A stretch of DNA of 26,739 bases. Origin: a virus (lineage: Duplodnaviria > Caudoviricetes). Both the position numbers and the translations under genes were made by a program. A model generated the notes under the pieces. The model was not told where the DNA came from. It did no database searches and saw only the letters and a list, made by a program, of their open reading frames with translations. The stretch covers positions 1-26,739 of IMG/VR virus record IMGVR_UViG_3300005805_000397; one strand, given 5' to 3'. Of the stretch, positions 16,677 through 24,800 are shown in pieces; the stretch's first letter is position 1, and each line of letters begins with the position of its first letter.

Positions 16677-18935
16677 TCAAACTATACTTAAATTATCATA
16701 TAAAGTTCCAACATTATTTGGTGTATGAGCCTTAATGATTCCTGATGATGTTTCATCATTAGCACTTGATTTTGTAGGAGAAGAAAATGTTTTTGTTAAG
16801 GTAGAACCTATTTGTGATCCTCCACTATCATATGCCTTTGCAGTTACGATATTGCCACTTGTTTCAGATACTATTTTATATATTCCTGTAAAATTAGAGG
16901 TATCAAATGATTCTCCAGCTGGCCTAGTATTATTTATAATTAACCCAGTAGCATTTCCAGAATTGTCCCAGTTATTAGAAGACACAACCCCAGAAATAGC
17001 TGACCAAACTTTCATTTTGGTATTATATGTATACTGGGTTGCGGTTGTATCTTCATTTTTTGGATATGTAAAATTATATTGAGCAACATATTTTGGATAT
17101 GTAAAATTATATGTTGTAACTGATACATTTTTTGGATATGTAAAGCTATATGTAGTAACTGATGCCCTACTAGGATATGTAAAATTATATGTTGTTGTTA
17201 CTAATGTTTGTCTAACTGAATAAGAATATACTGTTGCTGTAGTTCTAACCGTGTATGTGAATGTTCTACATCTACATTGCCAAAAACCAGTTGAACAGTT
17301 ATATTGAGCATTACTAGTTGTTCCATTTGGGCATGATGGACAAACTGGTGTAAGGCTGGTAGATCTGCATAATCCAAAAGTATCAACTGTTGTACATGCA
17401 GAACATCTATCTCCTGCAAGAGGTCCTGTATCTGGACAGGTAGCGCTACTCACAGTTCCACCAGAACATGGGTATGTTGTACTTGGGGTACATACTGAAC
17501 AACGATCTCCATTACCAGATCCCTCGCTTGGACAAGTAGATTGATTAGATACGCTGCCAGTACATGGATATGTTGTACTACTACTTTGACTTACATAAGT
17601 ACAAGATCCACACCTGTCTCCAATATTTGATCCTATTGGGTTTGCGGTTTCACAAGGACCAGTAGCGGTGCCGCTTGTATTTGAATAACTACCAGTTCCA
17701 GTACACTGTATTGATGTTGATGAGCCAGTATATGTACAAGATCCGCATCTTGTTCCATCTGTTGTTCCACTAGGGTTAGCACTTTCACAAGCACTGGTAG
17801 ATGATCCACTTGTATTTGAATAGGTCCCAGTTCCAGAACATGATACTGACGTTGATGATCCAGTATATGTACAAGATCCACACCTATTTCCAACAATAGG
17901 AATACTATCTGTTGGGTTAGCGCTTTCGCAAGCACTGGTAGATGATCCACTGTTGTTTGAATATGTTCCTGTTCCAGTACATACTGCTGTTTGATTTACA
18001 TATGTACATGCACCACATCTTGTTCCAGATGTTGTTCCTGTTGGATTAGCATCATTGCATGGAGTTGTTGATGTTCCAGTACTATTTGAGTAAGATCCCG
18101 TTGCAGTACATGTTACTACATTTACAGTTGATGAATCATAATCAAAATATGAAGTAACCGCATACCAAGAATTAGCAGATGTTACCCAAAAAGCTACTCC
18201 CTGTCCGCCTTTTCCATCTGGAATGTCTATTGAATATGTTTTATTAACTTTAGACGAATTACTACTGCCAACTTCAATTGTTTGTAAAGGATGGTTTGAG
18301 GCTGATGCTCCAGAGGTGACTGATGCACTATTTACTGCTCTTGATCCATTTACAGACCATCCAGACGTTAAATTTGCATATGAACTATATATATATGAGC
18401 TTGAAGATGTTCCAAGACCTACAGAAACTGTTCTATTAAAGTTATCTGTTATATTTCCAACATATGCTTGAACATACATAGAAGAATAAAAATAATATGT
18501 TTTTGTTCCACTTTGATTTTTTACTGAATCTTCTGTATAGTATTTATATACTGGAGTTGTTGCATCTTCTTGAGTTACGGTATAAGAATTTGTAAGATCT
18601 GTTCCATATTTGGTTTCTGAACCGTTTATTGGATTTAAATCAATACTCATTTTAACTAATTTTTTAACAATTCCATATGATGTATTAATATTCGTATATG
18701 TTCCAGATGATCCAACCCCTACAGATGTAAAAGCTTCTCCAGAGCCACTTGGTGATGTGGGAGATGATGTTTGTGTTACGGCTGCTTCTGTTGAAGAAAA
18801 TACTTTTTTCCATTCTCCATTAGATTTGAGCCTATATATTCTACTTAAAGATCTCCATGCACCAGTATTTTTTAGTCTATATATTTTTGAAAGCTTTCGC
18901 CATTCTCCAGAACTTTTTAATCTGTAAATCGGCAT
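16677..18935 (-). CDS. Putative tail adhesin/receptor-binding protein: triple N-terminal repeat, and a lectin-like beta-sandwich interrupted by a nested Cys-rich insert
   Basis: Last gene of the tail module. N-terminal (IYRLKxxGxW)x3. ConA/LamG-like elements ITDNFNR...GWSVNG...GQGVAFWV...WYAV before the insert and KMKVW...VTAKAYD...SSGII...YDNLSI after it. 30 Cys in residues 276-556. Confidence 0.75.
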   Translation of the reverse strand: MPIYRLKSSGEWRKLSKIYRLKNTGAWRSLSRIYRLKSNGEWKKVFSSTEAAVTQTSSPTSPSGSGEAFTSVGVGSSGTYTNINTSYGIVKKLVKMSIDLNPINGSETKYGTDLTNSYTVTQEDATTPVYKYYTEDSVKNQSGTKTYYFYSSMYVQAYVGNITDNFNRTVSVGLGTSSSSYIYSSYANLTSGWSVNGSRAVNSASVTSGASASNHPLQTIEVGSSNSSKVNKTYSIDIPDGKGGQGVAFWVTSANSWYAVTSYFDYDSSTVNVVTCTATGSYSNSTGTSTTPCNDANPTGTTSGTRCGACTYVNQTAVCTGTGTYSNNSGSSTSACESANPTDSIPIVGNRCGSCTYTGSSTSVSCSGTGTYSNTSGSSTSACESANPSGTTDGTRCGSCTYTGSSTSIQCTGTGSYSNTSGTATGPCETANPIGSNIGDRCGSCTYVSQSSSTTYPCTGSVSNQSTCPSEGSGNGDRCSVCTPSTTYPCSGGTVSSATCPDTGPLAGDRCSACTTVDTFGLCRSTSLTPVCPSCPNGTTSNAQYNCSTGFWQCRCRTFTYTVRTTATVYSYSVRQTLVTTTYNFTYPSRASVTTYSFTYPKNVSVTTYNFTYPKYVAQYNFTYPKNEDTTATQYTYNTKMKVWSAISGVVSSNNWDNSGNATGLIINNTRPAGESFDTSNFTGIYKIVSETSGNIVTAKAYDSGGSQIGSTLTKTFSSPTKSSANDETSSGIIKAHTPNNVGTLYDNLSIV
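17025..17267 (-). repeat. Return-strand repeats: FTYTVR, YSYSVR, then 4 x Y(N/S)FTYP
   Basis: Plus-strand GGATATGTAAA(A/G)(T/C)TATAT copies start at 17062, 17095, 17134 and 17173 (spacing 33, 39, 39 bp). Confidence 0.9.
17370..18110 (-). repeat. Six tandem 4-Cys modules: 4 type A (C-x16-C-x13/15-CGxC; 43, 47, 45, 47 aa) and 2 type B (C-x9-C-x10-CSxC; 32, 33 aa)
   Basis: First Cys codons at 18110, 17981, 17840, 17705, 17564 and 17468. Exact DNA repeats CAAGCACTGGTAGATGATCCACT (17788-17810, 17929-17951) and CCAGTATATGTACAAGATCC (17725-17744, 17860-17879). Confidence 0.92.
18798..18929 (-). repeat. Three tandem 15-aa repeats IYRLKxxGxW(R/K) at the adhesin N-terminus
   Basis: IYRLKSSGEWRKLSK / IYRLKNTGAWRSLSR / IYRLKSNGEWKKVF. 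Confidence 0.9.
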
Positions 18936-18937
18936 TA

Positions 18938-21307
18938 CTATGCATCTTCCTCTACCAAAATCAAATCTCCCACCTTTACTGTTTGAGATCCAGTCGGGTG
19001 GCTATATGTACCCTCTCCACCAGATAATGACACTGAATCTGGAACTTCAGTTGGAGACAATGAGGAATCAAATATAATTCTTCTGCCTTTTGATATTTTA
19101 CCAGTTGCATGATCAATTGTTAAGGTTGCGTCGCCAGACCACTGATCGTCATCTTTTGACGGCATCTGAACCATAAAAAAGTTAGCGGATCCACCATAAA
19201 GGTCTATAGTTACTGTTTCATGATCACCTCTTAATATTCCGCCACCAAGACTAAATTCGGCTGTAGAATACCAATAGTTTGTAGAATTAATATGTATTCC
19301 ATCTTCTCCAGAATCTCCAGCACTAACACCAAACTTCATAATGTTACCAGTATCGCCAGTTCTTAATTGTCCCAATAAGTCTGCATCAACAGCATGTAGA
19401 ACACCAGTTTGTGTTATATAAAATCTTGGAACCTGTCCATCGGTTCCAGCTTCAAAAATATTTGTTGTATTGGTTCCTGATCCACCGCCACTTATTGCTC
19501 CGCCAGATAGTGCCGTACCAAACTTTACCGCAAAGTTAGTATTTCCTTCACCAACTGGTGTTGTTCCAGTTATTGATATTCTTTTATTTGTTGAGTCAAG
19601 TTGAAACTGATTAGATCTATCTTTAATAAGTGTATCAGTAACAATCCATCCGCCAATCATTGCAGACTTTGTAAAAAAGTTAATTAGTTCACTGGTTGTC
19701 CATGATCCTAAAGCATTTTGTCCAGGAGTTGTATCGCCAGTTCCAAGTGGCTCAGTCAAAATTTCTGTTAGTGCTGCGCCAGATGAATTATTTGCAGATA
19801 AACCATCAGAGTTTACTATAACAGATTGTGCTCCAGATGTTCCTGCAATAAGCGAACCAGTAGTTATGCCTACATTTCCTTTAAATGTTCCCTGTTGTGC
19901 AATAAGGTTTCCATCTATAACAAATGTTGCGCCATCCCACTCAAGATAGTTGCTTGTTGCTCCACCCACCTTTAACCTTGCACTATTGGTAGCATTTATA
20001 TACCAATAATTACTTGAATCAAAATAAAGACCCTTATTTGTTGATACCCCACCAACTCCAACACCAAACTGAAATGGTCCACCAGTTATATAATTTGAAA
20101 CAGAAGGTGTTCCAGTAACAGTAACATCTGGTCCTGCAACAAAACTTGATGAAAGATTATTATATTCATCATATGTTGCAACAGCAATTTTATATGTAGA
20201 CCCAATTGCTAAACCACCAAGCCTATAAGTTGTTCCAGTTCCAGGTGAATCTACGTATGAATATGTTGTTCCATTATCGTTACTAAATCTAATTCTATAT
20301 CCACGAATACCCCCGCCAGTTACTTCTGGCCAAGAAATATCTGCATATGCATTAAAACCAAGATATCCACTAGTATCAATTCCACTAGTAGCTGTAACAT
20401 TTGCAACATTATCTGGTCCAGTAGTATCAGCTGCTACTATACTTTCAGGAGTTACCTGAACTATATTTGAATATGATCCATATGATCCAGTTCCATCTGT
20501 GTACCGTGCTTTTACCCATCTTGATTCAGTAGTGGGTGTAATAACCGTTGCTGGACGAATTTCACTTAAATATACCTGTTGATATCCTGAAGTTGGTGCG
20601 GTATTTGCACTTGAAACAACTTCTTCTATTGATACAAAATCATACTCTTTTTCACATGTTTCTAAAAAGTTTACCGTATATCCTCTTGGAATACTATTTG
20701 CAGAAATTTCTGGTGTACATAAATCTGGAGTATATGATGGTATAACAGATAATGTAGCATAGTCTCCAACATTACCAAAGCTATCTTTTGCTCTAATTTT
20801 TAATAAAGAAAACGAAGATTTAAATATGTTAAATGCATTTATATTATTTGTATATGTAAAATTAATTGTTTGGGTAGTTCCAGCTTTATTTAATACTAAA
20901 GAAGATATAATTGTTGACTCAGATCCACCAGATGTTAAAGTATACTCAAATCCTGTTACATATTTGTTTTTATTATCACTAAAATCAAAATCAAATGTTA
21001 TAACAAGTGTTGAGCCAGACCATGCTACAGCGATATTAGAAATATCAGATGGTTTGATAAAGTTTGTGCTTGTTGGAGAAAAAGGATCTGGAGTTGTTGA
21101 ATATGTTGGACCTCCAGAGTTTTGTATTGATGATAATTTTCCTATTGGTGTAGTCGCTCCACCGTCAGTAACAATAACAAAATCAGATCCTAGACGAGCT
21201 GTTGTAATTCCATATTTTATTGGATTGCGTACTCTAGGATCATTTGCATCAATATATACAGTCTGCCGCTTTCCAACAGTATACGGAGATGTATATTTTG
21301 CCTTCAT
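18938..21307 (-). CDS. Tail fibre / minor tail protein with fibronectin type III domains and a beta-helix-like C-terminal half
   Basis: FN3 pattern DTTGPDNV...ISWPEV...GYRIRF...YRLGGLAIGSTYKIAVATYDEYNN; spike-like segments IDGNLIAQQGTFKG and AMIGGWIV; two NYWY repeats. Start taken at ATG 21307. Confidence 0.8.
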   Translation of the reverse strand: MKAKYTSPYTVGKRQTVYIDANDPRVRNPIKYGITTARLGSDFVIVTDGGATTPIGKLSSIQNSGGPTYSTTPDPFSPTSTNFIKPSDISNIAVAWSGSTLVITFDFDFSDNKNKYVTGFEYTLTSGGSESTIISSLVLNKAGTTQTINFTYTNNINAFNIFKSSFSLLKIRAKDSFGNVGDYATLSVIPSYTPDLCTPEISANSIPRGYTVNFLETCEKEYDFVSIEEVVSSANTAPTSGYQQVYLSEIRPATVITPTTESRWVKARYTDGTGSYGSYSNIVQVTPESIVAADTTGPDNVANVTATSGIDTSGYLGFNAYADISWPEVTGGGIRGYRIRFSNDNGTTYSYVDSPGTGTTYRLGGLAIGSTYKIAVATYDEYNNLSSSFVAGPDVTVTGTPSVSNYITGGPFQFGVGVGGVSTNKGLYFDSSNYWYINATNSARLKVGGATSNYLEWDGATFVIDGNLIAQQGTFKGNVGITTGSLIAGTSGAQSVIVNSDGLSANNSSGAALTEILTEPLGTGDTTPGQNALGSWTTSELINFFTKSAMIGGWIVTDTLIKDRSNQFQLDSTNKRISITGTTPVGEGNTNFAVKFGTALSGGAISGGGSGTNTTNIFEAGTDGQVPRFYITQTGVLHAVDADLLGQLRTGDTGNIMKFGVSAGDSGEDGIHINSTNYWYSTAEFSLGGGILRGDHETVTIDLYGGSANFFMVQMPSKDDDQWSGDATLTIDHATGKISKGRRIIFDSSLSPTEVPDSVSLSGGEGTYSHPTGSQTVKVGDLILVEEDA

Positions 21308-21314
21308 TTTTTTA

Positions 21315-21794
21315 CTATCTTGGACCAATAGCAATAAAGTTTACAATTATTGGCGCAGTCGCTGCTGAACCATCTGGCTTATATGCTCTAACAGTAAATC
21401 CAGTTGTTGTAACATTATGAGTTGATACAACAATATCAAGCTGTCCACCGATAGTTCCATCTGTATTATCATGAGAAACTATTACTCGTGGAATCTGTGA
21501 AAATGTAACTCCAGTTTCAAATGGAAATGTATTACGATAATATGGATTTCCATTGCTATCACCAACATGATCTGTCTCGCTTGGATCTAATTTAACTTTA
21601 CCAAACACAATATTACTTGTTGCTAAATCAAAATCAGACTGAAGATCATCTGCAAGCCAGTCTGGTATATAATCAGCACCAAACCTATTAACTAAAACAT
21701 TTAAATAATCACTATGGTCATTTATAACATCAATTATTTTTTGGATGCTTGCCATATCAATTATCTCTGGATTGTCTATTTTTACATAAGCCAT
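21315..21794 (-). CDS. Minor tail protein with an H-type-lectin-like C-terminal domain
   Basis: F...FSQIPRVIVS...VSTHNVTTTGFTVR...VNFIAIG pattern; short helical N-terminus; AGGAG RBS. Confidence 0.72.
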   Translation of the reverse strand: MAYVKIDNPEIIDMASIQKIIDVINDHSDYLNVLVNRFGADYIPDWLADDLQSDFDLATSNIVFGKVKLDPSETDHVGDSNGNPYYRNTFPFETGVTFSQIPRVIVSHDNTDGTIGGQLDIVVSTHNVTTTGFTVRAYKPDGSAATAPIIVNFIAIGPR

Positions 21795-21814
21795 TATCTT
21801 CTCCTATTTATATT

Positions 21815-21823
21815 ATTATACCA
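21815..21823 (-). promoter_or_regulatory. Extended -10 promoter (TGGTATAAT) upstream of the lectin/fibre/adhesin genes
   Basis: Perfect TGnTATAAT in the 35-bp intergenic gap, followed by AGGAG. Confidence 0.6.
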
Positions 21824-21829
21824 TTTTGA

Positions 21830-24800
21830 CTAGTAGGATACCCCTGAACCTATCATGGTCATACCAAGCCTTGTTGATAAGCCATTGCTAAAATCAGTAG
21901 AAACTGAAGTTACTATATATTTTTGTTGATTAATTCCAGCAAGGGGATAGGTTAGCTCTACCCTATCTCCAATTTGAATCAATGGATTTCCAAAAATATC
22001 TAAAGTAATATCTTTAGAAAAATAGTCTATTCCATTTGTTATTACCGAAATAAGGCTAGTTGCTGCTTCTTTTGATTGAATCCAGTTTGAGTCAATTTGT
22101 ACTGTTTCAGTTATATTACCTGGATCTATTATTTTTTCAATAATTTCTGGGTCTGAATTAGCAATAATTTCATGTGTCCATAGGTTTAGTCTAACTGTAG
22201 TTTGTTTTGATTCATCAGAATCTTTCATTAAATAAACCATATGTGATGAGTTATTTGCAATTGCAAACTTTGCTCTAAAGCCAGTATTAATGACACTGGA
22301 GTAGGCTAGAGAATGCTCTTCTACTGTTTTTGTTTGCATAAATTTTTTCTCTACTGGACCGTTTCCTGGATAATAATTTAATAAATATTCTACAGGCCAA
22401 ACAGAAACTAATACTGCTGCTGGAGTTGTATATTGAACATCATATGTATTTATTCCAATTACTTCTGGTTTTGTTTGCATCATATAAGATTTTGATGAGG
22501 AAAAAAGATTTTGCCCTTGCACCATTCCATTTAAAAACTCTCTATCTTGAAAATAGTAGTTAACACTTCTTTCTTTTAATGGCTTATGTGTAGCATAAAT
22601 CTCTCTTACTGATCCAGGGTCTGTAGCAACAAAACCTGTTATATATGGTATGCCTGGAATTCCTATTGGATCATTAGAAATAAAAGCACCAAATATTGCA
22701 CCAGTGCTAAACTCATCATCATATTGAAGTTTTTTAGGCAGTCCAGTATTTGTATTTGGATAAAAAGGTATCCATCCGTCTTCAGTATATTGTTGCCACC
22801 CTTTTATTTCATAGTTATTTAAAAATACAGAGAATAAATTAGTTATAGACGCAGATTCTCCATCTTCTCCAGTAGATTTATAAATACTAGTTCTTAAATT
22901 AAAATATTCATATCTTGGGTCACTCTTTACTGTATAGACAACTTTATTATTAACAACATCGTCTTCTAATACCTTTTCTGTATTATTTATAATATTCTTT
23001 ACTACTCCAGTTACATTAGAATAACCAATAATTTCTGGATCGTATGTTGTGATTGGACCATCATTTCCTATAGTAGTATTTACTGCAATACGATATAATA
23101 CTAAAGCATAATTAAATACTGGTGGATAGTTTACTGTTGTACCATCAAGCTTATATGTATTATACTTGACTAACTCTAAGAAAAAAGTGTTAGGGGTTAC
23201 GTTTGGTGATACCGCAAAATTAAAAAATACTCCGCCAGAACTAACATCTGATGTTTCATGTAGTCTTATTTTTGCAGAATAAGTATGATAATAGTCTGTT
23301 CCAGAATCTGTTACTACGGTGCTTCTTTCTGTTGTAGGATAAAAAATAACCTTTGACAATGATGGAACTTCTGGAACAAATTCATTATTATACGCCGTTG
23401 TGTATGTAGCGTCTTCAACTGCTGTTTCATAATCATTATATAAAATCTTAGCTGTAATATTTTTTGATGCAGCATTTCCAGAATCTAAAACTGTATGTGC
23501 TGATGGCTTGCTACCAAATAGTCCACGCCGAACCTGTGTAATTTTTCCAGTTGGCTCAACAAGTGTAGAAGAGTCTGGCCTTGTTTGTCCATCTGATGTT
23601 CTAAGTCCTACCTGATACTGCTTATTAAATTTATTGATTTCAGATTCAAGCTCTACCGTGCTTTTTATAGAAACTTTTACTGGCTCTGTTGGCTCTAAAT
23701 CTTCTCTAATTAAATCACTAGACAACTCGTACTCTTTATATGCAAATGAAACAATTTCATTTTCAATTGCAGCATACCCCTGAAAGTCTCTATTGTATGT
23801 ATGAAATATATCAAGCAAATCATTTTGATCTGTTATAAAATAATTTTGTGATTCGTTCATTGAATTAGCAAGATAGTTCATTCCTACAGAATCTGCATTT
23901 TGTTGAGACCATACTATTTCATTTGATGTTGTATAAATAAATGATGGTGAATCCTCATCAAGTTTAAGGTTTTGTAAAGCAGGAGATTGTTTGATTTTGG
24001 GTGTTTGATATCTTAGAGATATTTTTCCTGGTTTTGCTTTATTAACAACTGAATAACCACCTTCAAGAACATCGGAGTTATCAATTACAATATCTGATGA
24101 GCCAGCGTCTAGCATTTGAGACAAACTAGAAAATCTCATAACATTATATTCATCTATATATGCAACTATTTGATATGGTAAAAATATTTGATTTAACGCA
24201 TCAATAACTGTAGTATCTTTTGAGTTAACATAAAAATATGCTAGATCCATTGGTGCGTTTGTATTTAAGCAAGCAAGTGTTAGTTCATAGCTGTCATAAT
24301 CGGTAAAACCAGAAAGATCAAGCATATTAGTTATTAATGTAAATACTGACTCTTTGTTTGATACATAGTCTGCTACCTGCGCTGATTGTAAATATCTTGT
24401 TATGTCAAAACATTGAACAGCTACCTGATTAGCATCATTTTCTGACCAGGCATCCGAATAAAATACTCCAGCTGGTATTAACGTATTTGATTCTACAACA
24501 GAATTATTGCTTGAGTTATGATAATCTTCTAAATAATAATTTAAATAAAATTTTACATTTTTACCCAAAAGATTTTTTAAAGCCGTTCCAGAATAATTAC
24601 TTTGATTAGAAAATATTGGAATTGGTTGAGAAGAATTTCCAAGTGGTATAGATGAAAGATTTATTGTTGCATCATTAGAATTTATTGATGAGATGGGTAG
24701 TGGGGTTGATTTGCTATCCATTGATTTATTTACACTTAAATCAAGAACATAGTCTGATAGATTAATTTCTATTCTTGGTGAAATTTCTATTACTTGCATT

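Noticed and set aside
17062-17190. Regularly spaced ~18-bp direct repeats resembling a mini CRISPR array (a Cas4-like gene is in the window)
   Set aside because: Periods of 33 and 39 bp are multiples of three, the intervening sequences are short and similar to each other, and all lie in frame in a CDS encoding YNFTYP repeats. Stand-alone Cas4-like nucleases are common in phages.
17201-17950. Alternative-frame minus-strand ORFs 17201..17419 and 17633..17950 inside the adhesin
   Set aside because: Their repetitive L/V/Q/H content is the frame-shifted reading of the Thr/Ser/Cys repeats; no RBS or slippery site recognised.
16677-18935. Diversity-generating retroelement target (variable region in an adhesin)
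   Set aside because: No reverse transcriptase and no non-coding template repeat with adenine-specific differences seen in the window. Elements elsewhere in the genome cannot be excluded.
1034-21368. All plus-strand ORFs in the track (e.g. 1504..1821, 5923..6225, 7560..7928, 16735..17082, 20826..21368)
   Set aside because: They lie antisense to well-supported minus-strand genes and have no recognisable motifs; treated as shadow ORFs.
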